A stretch of DNA of 64,000 bases. It comes from the human T2T-CHM13v2.0 reference genome, Homo sapiens. The DNA is taken from the NCBI RefSeq assembly GCF_009914755.1, contig NC_060928.1. The stretch is one strand, 5' to 3'. Both the position numbers and the translations under genes were made by a program. The notes beneath the pieces are model-generated. The model worked only from the letters and a program-made list of their open reading frames with translations. It was not told the origin of the DNA and did no database searches. Numbering within the stretch: position 1 is the stretch's first letter; each line of letters begins with the position of its first letter. This document shows, one piece after another, positions 1 to 28,650 of this stretch.

Positions 1-268
1 AAAAAGTTTTTTTCCACCTTAAGTAGTAAATAAGAGCAAATCTTCAGTGCCAGAATACAAGTCATCATTCCACACTGGGCTTCTAATTTCCTTGTCTGAC
101 CATTATTTTCCCACCTATAAATTAACAGATGGTAAGATCTACTTCTGAAGGTTATCGTGACAATCTGATGCGACAATATATGAGAACACTTTGTAAGCTG
201 CAAAAAGTACTAAGTATTAGATATATTTTTCTATTAGTTTAATACAGCCAGTGACTGGCCAACATTTA

Positions 269-493
<225 letters not shown>

Positions 494-1248
494 TTAATAG
501 TTACAATGATATGTCTTACTATTATAATTAAATAAAATAAACAACCTTAAAATGGCTTTCTTAATATTTAGAAAGATTTGGGGCATATATAAACAAAGAA
601 TACATTTAATCATATGCTTTACTTTTGTAAAACATACAAACTGACTTACTTTCCATTCATTTGAAAGGGTACGGTTTTCATCAATATAGATTAAAAGGGA
701 GAAATAAATTCTTGACTTTCTGTAGTTTCTTTTATGGCATTTGCTATCTTGCAATCTCACTCTTTAGTCAAAATTTAAATGAAAAAAATATCAATGCCAT
801 TGATTCACTTAAAAGGCAATCCCTCCCTGAAAATAAATTAATCGCCTGTATGGACACTTGGTTTGTTAAATAAGTTAAGCTGAACCCTACAGCTTTTACC
901 TAAAATTTTTATGGGAATGATATCACCTACCCGACAAACTTGGCTTCAAGATTAAGATCACATTAAAGGATTTTGTAAACTACAACATACTAAGCAAATG
1001 TGTTAATACTACTAGACCTTTTTTTAACTTGGAAAATAATTCTCCTTTACTTAAGACAAAGAGAAAACCAATCACTTTGCTTAGAGATCTGTGAGTTTCA
1101 GCAACTAAATTATATATTTGCACATTTGAATTGAGGAAATTAAAATTAGTTTTTAAAAATAAGGCATTTTTACAGGTGCAATTTTAAATACTCAAATAAT
1201 AATTGGGGGGAAAAAACACAAGCATTTTCAGCCAAACATATTTGTTGA

Positions 1249-1386
<138 letters not shown>

Positions 1387-2171
1387 TAGCTCAGATTACA
1401 GGCATGCGCCACTACGCCCGGCTTTTTTTTTTTCTTCTGTTTTTAGTAGAGATGGGGTTTCACCGTGTTGGTCAGGCTGGTCTCGAACTCCTGACCTCGT
1501 GATCCGCCCTCCGCAGCCTACCAAAGTACTGGGATTAAAGGCATGAGCCACTGTGCCCAGCCAAGAAACATCTTTCAATTAATCTATTTTTATTTTCAAA
1601 TCAAAGTTTTAAGAGAAAAAGTAGTGCCTTGAAAAAATTTTGTGTTTGGGGAAAAAATCCATTTTGATCATTCAACAACTTTTAACCAAACACAAAGTAT
1701 GTTATAGAGGATCCAAATTCAGTGCTATATAGGAAACATCCCTGCAGTATCTATCAAAAATAATAACTGAGGCCAGGCATGGTGTGTGGTGGCGGGTGCC
1801 TATAATCCCAGCTATTCAGGAGGCTGAGGCAGGAGAATCGCTTGAACCCAGGAGGTGCACGATGTAGTCAGCCTAGATCACACCACTGCACTCCAGCCTG
1901 GGTGACAGAGCAAGACTCCGTCTCAAAAAAAACAAAACAAAAAAAACCAAAACACTACAGCCAAGTAAAATAACAGAACTGATTAGGTCACAGAATAAAT
2001 GGTAGTGGGAAGAGGTGTGGTGGAAATATAAGAGAAAGAGATAAATGTTAATTAGTCAAAGAAAGGATTAGAACAAAATTAATATTTTTAATTACTAGTT
2101 TTATTTTCAGAGCAACCACTTTCAATTTCTGGGAAGAACAAACCTTTTCTTACTTACTTTACAGGATACTA

Positions 2172-2369
<198 letters not shown>

Positions 2370-3039
2370 TCAAATATGCTAAAAATATAAGTAATTTTAT
2401 TAGTATTTTAAATTTTAGTTATTCCTAACCCAACTACCAAAGCCCATATACCTATTTGCCTGTCAGATGAAGTCCTAAAATAAACAGTAGAGAAAGTTCT
2501 CAAATTAACTGACTTAAAGTGGTAGAAACATAAAGTCCATAAAGCAATGAAAAGGAAAAAGGAGTAACTTAAGAGACAAGTTTTGGGAATCGTTTTTTTT
2601 GAACCTAAAACAGTAAACTATCCATGAAATACAGGTATTAAAATGTAAGTTCACATAACCGGTTCACAATTCATTCAGTTTACTCATTTATATTTTTTAT
2701 AACATTGATACATACAAAAGAATGTATAACCAGTAATGAAGCACAATAACAAAAAGACTATTATTCACTGCTAGTTACAAAAGCTATGTATTTTAGGAGG
2801 TGGCTGGGTTTTTTGGGGTGGGGGAAGGGAATAGGTTTTGTTTGGTTTAGAACAGTTTGTTCAGGAGTTGGAATATCCAAAATGTAGGAAGAATTAAAAG
2901 ATAATTCCAAGTGATTCTACTTCCAGCTTTCTTTCCCTTCCAATAACAGAGACTGCAAATAATATTTTCTTCTTTTTACCACTCATTAAGATCAACAATA
3001 TTTTCTATGATGGTTAAATATGTTATACAAAATCCTTTA

Positions 3040-3333
<294 letters not shown>

Positions 3334-4202
3334 CTATTTATATTTCCAATATTTGTCTACTTACAGTTCCAATATGAAAATACAAGAAATTCTTCTCTAA
3401 AGACAAGAATTTATTCCTATATTTCCCTAGAATGGTCTACTTCTGAGCTCAAATCGGAGCATAAAGCAGTATATTAGGGTAAGATTAGTAACAGGATAAC
3501 TGCACATCATCTCTGGAAGCACTAGGTTTATGTGAAGTTTCTGGGGAGAAGATGAAGGGGGTGGCATTTTATGTAGAAACTGATATAACATGCAGAATTC
3601 ATGTCAAACTGCATAATTTTTTTTGAGACACGGTCTCGCTCTGTGGTTCACTATAGCCTTGACCTCTGCCCTCAAGCAATCCTTTCACCTCACCCTCCCT
3701 AGTAATGGGGACTACAGGCATGCCAACACACCCAGCTGTTTTGTATTTTTTGTAAAGAGGGAGTTTCGCCATGTTACCAGGCTGGTCTCCAACTCCCTGA
3801 GCTCAAGTGATCCACCCACCTCACCTCCCAAAGTGCTGGAATTATAGGTGTGAGCCACCATGACCCACCTGCATAATTTTTTAAAAAGTGACTTTAAGTT
3901 TCAGAAGCCGGGCACAGTGGCTCACGCCTTAATCCCAGCACTTTGGGAGGCTGAGGTGGGTGGATCACTTGAGGTCAGGAGATTGAAACCAGCCTGGCCA
4001 ACGTGGCAAAACCCCATCTCTACTAAAAATACAACAACAAAAAAAAATTAGCCAGGCGTGGTGGTGCAGGCCTGTGGTCCCAACTACTCATGAGGCTGAG
4101 GTGGGAGAATCGCTTGAACCTGGGAGTTGGGAAGCTGCAGTGAACTGAGATCACACCACTGCACTCCAGCCTGGGCAACAGAGTGAGACCTTGTCTAAAA
4201 AA

Positions 4203-4241
<39 letters not shown>

Positions 4242-4365
4242 AATCTCTATCTATCCATCCACACACTAAGTTTCAGTAGGCTATTTCCCAGGTACTTCCT
4301 CCACATTTCTGAGGTAACCAAATCAGTGTATTTCAGTGGAAGTCTGCATCCTAACGTATTTAGTG

Positions 4366-4857
<492 letters not shown>

Positions 4858-5937
4858 TAATTAGAGCAGGAAGAGGAAGAAACTGCATAGTATGATGCTG
4901 GATTAGAGCTCAAGAAATCCTTATTCTTCTCATTTTTGCCCTACCATTAACTAGATCTGTGGTCTTGGTTAAATCATGAACTTTTCAGGCCTATTATTGT
5001 GTTGTTTAATGAAGTATGTAGTTACCCTCTGAATGAGAGGTATTTCACATGTCTCTCCTAATGCCTTTCCACCCCGCTTTAATCCTGTAAGAGCTAAAAG
5101 GCTCAGGCATTGGTTTCTCATCACTGAAATAGATGGTTTCTTCAGGTCTCAGCTTCTATTAAGTTAGTCTAATTATTAATGTGGTTGAAAAAGGTACTGA
5201 ATCACTTTTTGCTGTTCCTTTAAATCCTTTGTTGGTCCAGAAGATCCTTCAATAAAGTCCTTTTTATGAGTCTCCACTAAGAATTCCTCAGTCATCTAAC
5301 AAATATTTTTGTATGTCCATTACACATAAGGCAGTATAGGAACTGTGCCTTTTCTTGGTATAGCAGTTTAAAAGACCACACTAAGCTCCTTTTTTCTGTT
5401 CTCCTCCTACAGTTAGTTCTCACCTTAACCATATGCTCCACTGTAATTCTTATATAACTTTAAAGATGTGTATAGTACATAGTCTGTAAGATAGTTATGC
5501 TGATTTTTCTTTTCCTTTTTTTGGAGACAGGGTCTTGCTCTGTCACCCAGGTCATGCAGTGGCATGACCTCAGCTCACTTCAGCCTCTTTCTCCTGAGCT
5601 CAAGTGATCCTCCTGCCTCAGCCTCCCCAGTAGCTAAGACTACAGAAGCATGCCATCACTCCTGGCTAATTTTTGTATTTTTAGTGGAGACAGTGTTTCA
5701 CCATGTTGCCCAGGCTGTTTGTGCTGATTTTTCTTGCGTGGTTTATATAAATCATAAAACTATTTCATTAAAATTACACCATGCTATGGTTACATGATTA
5801 CATGTGTTTGCTTTATGAAAATTCATTTATTTGTGTACTTTCTACGTGTATGTTATACTCAATAAAAGCTAAAAAATACACAATGTATTAGAGTTAACAG
5901 TACTATGACTATCTGTAGGACTAAGTGCAAGCATTCA

Positions 5938-6282
<345 letters not shown>

Positions 6283-6700
6283 CTAACAGACAAAAAATAA
6301 CACTAAAAAATATAAGTGAGGAACCAGTTGCTAAAATATGCTGAAATAAAAGGGTAGAAAAAAGGGCTGCTATTGATGATGTATAAGAACACTTCATTTA
6401 CTGAGTTTATAATATGCAATGAGGTGACTGGGTGTGAGAAGAAAAAGCAATTCTCAACGTAAACTGGTGCCTGGGAAAGGTAATGAAGATCAGCCTTAAG
6501 TAATATAAATACAGAGAAAGAACTACTAGGGTTGACAATACACAAGTGATTTTTTCAGCTATTTAAAAAAAACTTTCCATTCTACTCAGTACCACCATGT
6601 ATAGGTTATAACTAAGATAATCTGTTAGTTTTAAAAACTATTTCACTTGCAGAGAGTAATTTTCACAATGGATCATTTACTTACTAGCACTACTACTTAC

Positions 6701-6737
6701 CTAAAAAGCTGATAGCATGGAATATATTTCTGAATGT
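6701..6737 (-). CDS. ABRAXAS1: ABRAXAS1 coding exon 3 (37 nt)
   Basis: CTTCCAG|AC ATT CAG AAA TAT ATT CCA TGC TAT CAG CTT TTT AG|GTAAGT; (D)IQKYIPCYQLF(S). Confidence 0.95.
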
Positions 6738-6799
6738 CTGGAAGAAAAGGATTTTTAGTTATGATTACATTAATTCAATTCAGAATCACCTGAATGCTG

Positions 6800-7000
6800 C
6801 ATATTGAGCCTTTACCTCACGCCAGGAAGTACTTTACCACTGATTATCTGATTTTTATCCTCACAACAAATCTGCGACATATACTATCATTATTCCCCTT
6901 TCAAAGATGATATAACAGGTAAAGAGAGATAAGTGGCTCACCCAATCCAGTGGTAGGGCCAGAGTTCAAAACCCAGAGCCTCGCCTGGAACCACAATGCT
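6800..7000 (+). mobile_element. MIR fragment
   Basis: tcctcacaacaa...attattccc...agatga...aagtggctcaccca...agagttcaaaacccag. Confidence 0.55.
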
Positions 7001-7491
7001 ATATTTCCTCTAAATAACGGTCTAATAAGTCCAACACAAAAGATAAATTCAAAGTTGTCACATTTTCACCGAGTTCTAAAAAGGCTGTGCTCTAAATGTG
7101 CCCAATTAATAAACTCACCTGTTAAAGGAATTTAAAATGATGAAAATCTCCTTAACCAAAGCAATGGAATAATATGTTGATCTTGGATTTTACGTGTTTA
7201 AACATCTGTGATAATCCAACATTTAAAATAACTGGAGCAAATACCTTAGAGCTTAGCACTGTACCTAATACCACAATGCAGTTGCTCAGTACACATTTGC
7301 TTAATTAAATGCCTAGAACTATGTTAGATACTTTGGGCGGCACGCTAATTTCAATTAGGGAAAAAAAATGCTCTAAGGGCTTGCTTTTATTTTTTAATTT
7401 TTAAAAAATAATCTTGTATTGCTATAAAGGGCTTGCTTTTAAAACTCAAGTGTCCGAACCAAAAAAAAAAACTACAGTAAAATTATAAACT

Positions 7492-8896
7492 ACAGGGTTT
7501 TAATGCTTCCGGGTTGCCACTGCAGTGGCATTTCTGACTGTGGGAGCCTCAGTTTCCCAGTCATCTGATGAGCCTGAGCAGCAGCAAAGTACCACTGTAA
7601 GCCATGAGATGTCTCGTCTGAACTGGAAACCCTTTGTATATGACGCCTTGCCTCTATCACTGCTGAGTTTGGAACTTTCCCCATGGACCTTGCCAAAACA
7701 CGACTTCAGGTAGGTTCAAGGCCAAAGCATTGATGTCCGTTTCAAAGAAACAAAATATAGACGGATGTTTCATGCTTTGTTTTGGATCTATAAAGCGGAA
7801 GGTGTATTGGCTCTGTATTCAGGAATTGCTCCTGTTTTGCAAAGACAAGCATCATATGGCACCATTAAAATTGGGATTTACCAAAGCTTGAAGCTATTAT
7901 CTGTAGAACGTTTAGAAGATGAAACTCTTTTAATCAACATGATCTGTGGGGTAGTGTCAGGGGTGATATTTTCCACTATAGCCAATCCCACCGATGTTCT
8001 AAAGATTCGAATGCAGGCTCAAGGAAGTTTGTTCCAAGGGAGCATGATTGGCAGCTTCATCGATATATACCAACAGGAAGGCACCAGGGGTCTGTGGAGG
8101 AGTGTGGTTCCAACTGCTCAGCATGCTGCCATCGTTGTGGGAGTAGAGCTACCAGTCTATGATTTTACTAAGAAGCACTTAATATTGTCAGGAATGATGG
8201 AAGACACAACTTTAACTCACTTTGTTTCCAGCTTTACATATGGTTTGGCTGGGGCTCTTGCCTCTAATCCAGGTGATGTGGCAGGCACTCACGTGATGAA
8301 CCAGAGGGCAATCGTGGGACATGTGGATCTCTATAAGGGCACTTTGGATGGTATTTTAAAAATGTGGAAACATGAGGGCTTTTTTGTATTCTAAAGGATT
8401 TTGGCCAAACTGGCTTTGGCGTGGACCCTGGAACATCATTCTTTAAATTACATATGAGTAGCTCAAGAGGCTTTAAATCTAAGGACTGAATTATATGTGA
8501 GCCCAGCCCTGCCAGCCTTTCTACTCCTTTTCCCTTTTCCCGTGTTCTAATGTATTTTGGCAAAGTTCTAAGTGTTTACCAAACCGTTGGTCTCCTAAGG
8601 GCCTCCTGATGGAAGAACAGTAGGATGTTGGTTCAAAGTTATTTATATGTTTGTGTTACCATGTTAACTTTTCCCTGAGAGAAAGTGTTAACATTGAGAC
8701 TCTAGCCCCAGATTGGTATCTTCTATGAAGATGGATACTAATGGATGACACTGAAAATGGCCTGCTTTCCAAATGTGGGTTAAATGTAACTGGTTGGGCC
8801 CCAGACTTGGGCTAGAGCAGAAGGCATAGGCCAGGGTGGTTACTGCTATATATATTATAGACCTCGGTTCTCATTAAAGTGTTTATTGACAGAAAA
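7492..8896 (+). pseudogene. SLC25A14P1: Processed pseudogene of SLC25A14 (UCP5/BMCP1 mitochondrial carrier), antisense within ABRAXAS1 intron 2
   Basis: Intronless match to UCP5 protein (STTVSHEMS.LNWKPFVY; [25 protein letters not shown]; [16 protein letters not shown]); frameshifts at ~7645, ~7710 and ~8390; ATTAAA 8873-8878; short A tail; TSD AAAATTATAAACT at 7479-7491 and 8897-8909. Confidence 0.93.
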
Positions 8897-9178
8897 AAAA
8901 TTATAAACTGTATTAGCATATGTATAAAACATGACAAAAGCCCAGTTTCCTTAAGTAATGTGATTACAAATCACTAAAAGCAAAACAGTACAAATGCAGC
9001 CAAAGAATAGGCCTATCCTTTTCAGAGAAAATGGCCAAGAAAAAAAGTAAAAAGTATCAAAAAAATACTTAACCTCTTTTGTAATTAAGAAATGCAAATT
9101 AAAATGCTATTTTTTTCACTTATCAAATTGGCAAAGATTAAAAGATTTGATAATACCTAGTGTTGGCAAGAGCATGGG

Positions 9179-14227
<5,049 letters not shown>

Positions 14228-14599
14228 TATATTAAGGCAATTTTGAGTAAAATAGACGTTATATCTTAAAATGAACTTAGCAGAAATTACTAGGCATTGT
14301 TCAGCAGGGTATTCTCCGAACTGTACCACACAGCAGGGAAGTGTATTTCAGATGCTTAGACTTTCTTTCTGCAAGTTACTGAAAGTGCTACAGGACATTA
14401 ACTACTTCCGAGCTCAACGTTTTACAGCGTTTCTTTAATTTCATAGAACTTTTAGAAAATAGGCAACGTACTTTTAAAAACTGTTTTAACAAATTTAATA
14501 ACGCAAATAAAAAGATATCTGATATACCAGATTAAGCTGTTCCATCCACTAAGATTTGCCACTGGACGCAACATCTATTTTTATTCCCTTACCATCCTA

Positions 14600-15430
<831 letters not shown>

Positions 15431-15837
15431 CTGTCACAAACATGCAAAGCTATCAAAATGAACACGGTTGACAGGGTCATTTTAAGACAAGCAATGATTA
15501 CAAGAATAAAAGAGTTGAGTAGCAACATTACGATGCCACAGTGGATATGCCACGGTTTTGGTTTTCAAGCTGCATTTTAGCACCCTTCACTCACTGAAAC
15601 TTACAGAATACTAATAACCATTTGGGGATTGTCTTTGCTAGAACTCTCTAGCCATGTTCTGTGTCTGTGTGTTTGTGTGTGTGCATGTGTGTGTTCCCTT
15701 GCTTTTAGAAAACTTCAGCCTAATTTAAACAATACATGGATATTTAATGTTCTGACAGTTTAATGATAGGCATAATCATAGTAAGCTGGTTCATTTAATG
15801 TAAATGGTAAGGTGAGTGGACCAGGGCTTGGCAAATG

Positions 15838-15843
<6 letters not shown>

Positions 15844-15871
<28 letters not shown>
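15844..15871. repeat. (CA)n microsatellite
   Basis: About 14 CA units, ~0.7 kb upstream of the ABRAXAS1 ATG. Confidence 0.9.
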
Positions 15872-16050
15872 GTAAAGGTATGTTTCTTAAATGACTGAAA
15901 GTAAGCATAATAGCAGACTACTGAATTAGTGTGGCACATTTGTGGGTTTTGTTGTCAAGCAGTTGTCTGTGGCTGCGTAACACACAATACATATGTATAT
16001 AATTAATGATTATATATTTATTCCCTAGAATTAAGTTTCTTGCCTTCATT

Positions 16051-17163
<1,113 letters not shown>

Positions 17164-17431
17164 CTAGTTTTACTTCCTGCAACCCAGAGCAGCACAGTAG
17201 CTGAACCAAATACTCCTTCGGAAGCCAAAAAAGCTTGGGTATGAGTGGAGATAAGGAGAAATAGTAGATGAGAGTAAAGGAATAAATAAACGGGTTATAT
17301 AATGAGGGAAATCCAATATTCATTAAGACCTCCAAAGAAACTCAAAGCAAGGGATGATATTGTCTCTTATCTTAATTATATCAGATGCCTGAAATAATGA
17401 AGATATATATTGCTAAGAACTCTGCTTTTGA

Positions 17432-17793
<362 letters not shown>

Positions 17794-17930
17794 TGGCATT
17801 TTCATATGATAGGCTGATGGACTGGACAGGTTATTAGTAATTGAATGGGGTTTTAGAAATGTGCAACTATCTTTTAACTCTTATGATTCTTTGCTATAAG
17901 GAATCAGTGGTCAAAGATCAAGGATTTGTC

Positions 17931-18089
17931 TGTAGTATAGTAAAAAAGAAAATAAATATTTAGTCTTTGTCCTGAGTTCCTGGCGTGGGAGCTTCTAAAA
18001 CCTTAGGAATTTACTGGTTTTTGTATGCTAAAGAATGACTCATGGGAGAGTGTATTCGTCCCTTCTTGCACTGCTATAAAGAAATACCT
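17931..18089 (+). mobile_element. MER21-like LTR 5' fragment plus short THE1/MST fragment
   Basis: tttgtcctgagttcctggc..gagcttctaaaacctt; tcttgcactgctataaagaaatacctg. Confidence 0.5.
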
Positions 18090-19508
<1,419 letters not shown>

Positions 19509-20490
19509 TTAGCTGCTGTATTAGAATCATGTTAATGATAGGGTTGATTGCTTCAGAAGGATGTGCTTGCTTGCTTAAATTGGGATCCAATAATATTCAT
19601 CTCTGTTAAATTTTTGGTATTCTATTTTAAATAGGAGGGTTAATGGAACCTCAAATAATTGCAAGAAAAAACTGTATCTTTTACTTTTCTATTTGAATTT
19701 TTAGATATTGATTTTTTTCGCATGAAAAGGATAAGAATATGATTTTTAAGTAATGATTTCACTCACAACAGATCAACTTTTAAACAAATATGCTTGCAAA
19801 TAAATGAGTATCATAAAGGGAAATATATCTTATCTTCATAGCATATTATTAATTATACTATTTATTCAAAATGAATGGAGAATGTGATGGCCATGGACAT
19901 GCTCCACTCTGGTTGAACCTGCTGGGGGAGCCACGGTTGGCAGAAAGCCTCCCACTTCAGCTCCTGTGAGCATTGCTGCCCTCTAACCTTCCCTGCCACA
20001 GCATCAGTGACCATGGTGGGGTATTAACACAGGCCCATTCTTATAAGATGCAGGATTCCTGTAATGGGACTTTGGCTCAAGGACTCTCCATCAGCCTGGC
20101 TAAGATTATGTTAGCTTGCACTGAAGTCTGAGACTCCTATCCTTCCCTTCCTCCTTTCCCAGGTGTCAGATAAGCATGGTTTTCTGCAGCCTCTCCTTGC
20201 TTACTCCTGCTCTCTTCCCTTTATCTTTCACAGACATTTCCCCAATAGGTCTCTCTCTTGCACATGGACTCCTGTCTTTGTGTCTGCTTTTCAGAGCATC
20301 AAAAGTGAAACAAAGTGCTTGCTTTTCCATATCACCTATAAAGGGCTTTCAGAGCCATAAAGATCACATTTTCAAATATCTGCCAATTAAAAAAAACTTC
20401 AAATACAAACATACTCAAAATATAATATGATGAATTTCATTTTTTAATTATAGACATGATTTATTTCTAATGGTGAACAAGTATTATTTT

Positions 20491-20708
<218 letters not shown>

Positions 20709-22075
20709 TGAGATGGGGAGGTCTCACTATGTGGCCCAGGCTGGTCTCGAACTCTCGAGCTCAAGCAATCCTCCCGCCTCAGTCTCTCAAAAGGCTAGGA
20801 TTACAGGAGTGAGCCACTGCACCTAGATAAGTATTATTTGTTAAGGCTATGTTATCTGGGAAATACTATTATAAACACATTTTGTTTTCTTTGTAATATT
20901 TTTGTGTATTAAAAACGTAATGAGAGTTTTAAAAATCTCTGATAAAACTTGATATAACTCTAAGATTATAGACACAGAAATAAATTTATCTGAGGTTCCA
21001 GGGAAATTTGAAGATGTATTAATGTGATAACATTCCAACTTGTTATTATTTCATTCCATCTGTTAAAGAGGCATAAGGAAAATTACACAAACACCGTTAA
21101 GAAATATGCCCCCTCAGGATGCACCTCTACCTGGTGACCTGCAGGGGACACTGTGATAGTAGTTCTGAAGGAAAAGGCCTTTGATTGGGGTTCAGAGATT
21201 ATTATTATGTAAAAATAGTTAATAGGGCTTAATCTGTTATAATGTGTTAAAATAGGCTACTTTGAAAATCCATGGTGATTTAGTAAAAATGACTTAAATG
21301 CTGTATCTTGGATAAGAATCATTGTTTTTTTTTTAAAAAAATACCCTTGCACATCCACAAATATAAAAACAATAGAACTCTGGCAAAGGAGATAAAGTAA
21401 CTGCAGAAATAGTAGTGCTGACTGATGCTTTAAGAATTATTGCAGACAGGGTTAAGAAGCTAATTTGAATTCCAACAGAGTCCTCCTTAGGATAAATTCC
21501 AAGACCAAAGTAAAAGTTTCAGCAGTGTCAGTTCAGCTAATCCTGAGAAGGCATTCAGATAGAAAATTCCAAGAGGCATTAGTTTGATCTGAGCTTGTAT
21601 GGACAACTCTAGGTATAAGGTTGTTTCTGGTAGAAAATTAATTTCTATAGCTTCAGTGAATAATTTACGCTAGTTTAAATAATGAATAAGTGACTGGCTT
21701 GGGTTAAACAAAAAAAGCACCTGCCTCTGGGTGAGGTGGCTCACACCTGTAATCCCAACTACTAGAGTGGCTGAGGTGGGAGGATTAATTGAGCCCAGGA
21801 ATTTAATGTTACAGTGAGTTATGATGGCACAACTGCACTTTAGTCTGGGCAACAGAGCAACGTGCTGTCACAAACAGACAAAAAGTATGTTATATATTTA
21901 TATAATGAAATAAGAGAAAGTTCCCATAATCCTTCCATCCAAAGATATTACAGTGAATGGTTTGGCTTATATTCTTTCAGGTTTTTATCTATTCATATGT
22001 GTATTAATGTATATAGGTATTTGTGTATATTTTGATTATTATATTATATTACATTATATTTATTTATTTTTTTGA

Positions 22076-22180
<105 letters not shown>

Positions 22181-22420
22181 TAGCAGAGACTACAGGTGAG
22201 CACCATTCCCAGCTAATTTTTGTATTTTTAGTAGAGACGGGGTTTCGCCATACTGGCCAGGCTGGTCTTGAACTCCTGAGCTCAGGTAATCCTCCTGCCT
22301 TGGCCTCCCAAACTGCAGGGATTACAGGTGTGAGTGAAAATCATTTAAAAATCAAAATCTATTTTCACTTTTAAAAATACATATTATACTTTATTATTAA
22401 TTTTTGTAATTTAAACTTAT

Positions 22421-22745
22421 TAATGGGGTTCAGGACACACCACCCCAAAATAGGACTGTAGAATCCAGAATGTGCTATCCCAAATATGCCTCTTTGTCAT
22501 AAGAATTATTTTGAGCTGGTTATTTTGAGAAACGACAGACATAGGAGCAGTTCTGGAAAGTTACCCTTTTGTAAGAGAAATTTAAAGCTATAAAGGAAAT
22601 ATCTATTTGTAAGTGTATCTCCCTCTCTGAATCAGGAAGAGAAGGACGACTAAATCTTTAGAGACTTAATCATTGGAAAAGGCATCACCTTAATCTGTAT
22701 TAAAAAAACTTACCCTGGATTTATGATATCTTTCCTGGCCATGTC
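22421..22745 (+). mobile_element. MER34-like LTR fragment
   Basis: ggggttcaggacacaccaccccaaaatag...ttttgagctggttattttgagaaac; similar to the 54016 element. Confidence 0.55.
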
Positions 22746-23491
22746 ATTTTTTTTTTTTTTTTTTTGAGACTAGGTTTTGCTCTGTTGCCCAGCTTCTCAC
22801 TACAGCCTCAGTCTCCTGGGTTCAAGTGATCCTCTCGCCTTGGCCTGCCAAAGTGTTGAGATTAGGTATTACAGTTGTGAGCCACTGTACCTGGCATTTT
22901 GGTTCTTAATTATTGAACTGCTGGGCATAGTTGGGCACAGCTAAGTGTTTCCTGGATTTTTTTTTCTTTCCCTAGGAAAATTCTCATCTCTTAAAGGGCA
23001 AAAATCTTGCTTTCCACTTTCCTTATGGTCATGAATTCACAGCTATTGACTGCCTGCTTTACATCAGGCACTGTGCTAGTTGCTGGAGGTACATTGAATA
23101 ACAAAATAGAGATAGTGCCTGCCCTAATAGTATTTATAATCCAGTGGGGGAAAGGAAAATTACATACATCATCTCTCATATGATGACATAATTACGATTC
23201 TAATAAATACGTAGTAGGAAAAATAGAAAACTAGAAGCAAGGGTAACTGAGATACCCACTCCCCTATTGCTGGGATCAGAGAAAGTCTTCTCAAGGACCT
23301 GGATACTTGGGAAAAGGAAAAGAAGTGGGGAGGAGTGTTCTCAGTTAAAGGAACACCATGTGTGAACACCCTGAGGCAATTAGAAGATTCTAAAACCTGG
23401 AGTGTGAGAGGGAGGGAGGCAGGAGGTAAAAGCTGGCTAGTGAGAAGGGCCAGACCATGCTGGCTGTTGTAGCATAGGATTTTAGAATTTG

Positions 23492-25533
<2,042 letters not shown>

Positions 25534-25609
25534 AGAATACTGAATGGATAGAAGCTAAAAATGCTACAAAACTCATCTAATTAGTTGCTGTCAATATTAC
25601 ATGTTTTTT

Positions 25610-27460
<1,851 letters not shown>

Positions 27461-28650
27461 CGTAGAACCAAGCCTGGTGACATATTGATTTTGAACTTAG
27501 AGCTTCCAGAACTGTGAGAAAGTACATTTCTGTTTTTTAAGCCACCCAGTCTAATGTAACAATAATATATTTAGATACCTTTTAACTTCTCTCCCTGCCC
27601 CCACCAAATATCTAATGGTCAGAATAAATAATAACAGGGAAGACAAACATGTTTTGTTTTGTTTGAGAATGAGATGCACCTGATCACAGTGGATTTTAAG
27701 CTCTTTTTGTATATATACTAGGGAATGGCTGGATGTCTTTTTTCATAATTATTATACTAGGATCACATACTAGTTAGTAACTTCAAATAGGGCAGTCAGA
27801 TAGGCTTCACGTGCCTCCTTCAAGCACCAAAAGCTATACTCTGGAAACTCCAAGATCAGTGTTAAAGTCCTACACAATTTCTCACACCAGATGCTGGATG
27901 AGACATTTGAAAAATAAAAGTTTAGTGAACTTCTAACAATGTCTGGTTTCAAGGAATGCCAGAGTGCCAGGCCTGTAGTGATAAGATTTCTTCACTCCCT
28001 GCTTGATTTGCAGGCAATCAGCTTAGAAAGAGCTGTGGTATAGAAAACTTGTTCCTTACCAGCCCCCTGCCTTTTGCCTGGAGCTCAGCAAGCTAGAGGT
28101 GGCATTGATACCAGAAAGAGATGGCTGAGCAGCTGCAAACACAACTGAGAGAGGATCTGGGCTATGTAAATTTTATTTCAAAATAAATTGCTACCTTCAC
28201 AAAGTTGTGGAAAAGTTACTGCATTTAGATGTGACAATTAGGCTAGGTGCAGTGGCTTACACCCTAATCCTACCACTTCAGGAGGCCGGAGCAGGAAGAT
28301 TGCTTGAGCATAGGAGTTAAGAGGCTACAGTGAGCTATGACTGTACCACTGTACTACAGCCTGGGCAATGGAGCAAAAACTTGTCTCTTGGAGAAAAAGA
28401 AGGAAAAGAAAAGAGGAGAGGAGAGAGAGAAAGAAAGAAGAGAGGGAAAGAAAGAAAAAGGAAAGAAAGAAAGAAAAAGGGAAGAAAGAAAAAGAGAGAG
28501 AGAGAAAGAAGGAAAAAAAGAAGGAAAATGGACTCTCTATGTCCTGTGGGTTCATGCTGAAAAGTTAAAAAACAATAAAATAAGGACAAATTCTTTGATA
28601 GCTGTTTAAAGAGACAGAGAGGAAATACATATAATGATCTTATATATTAC

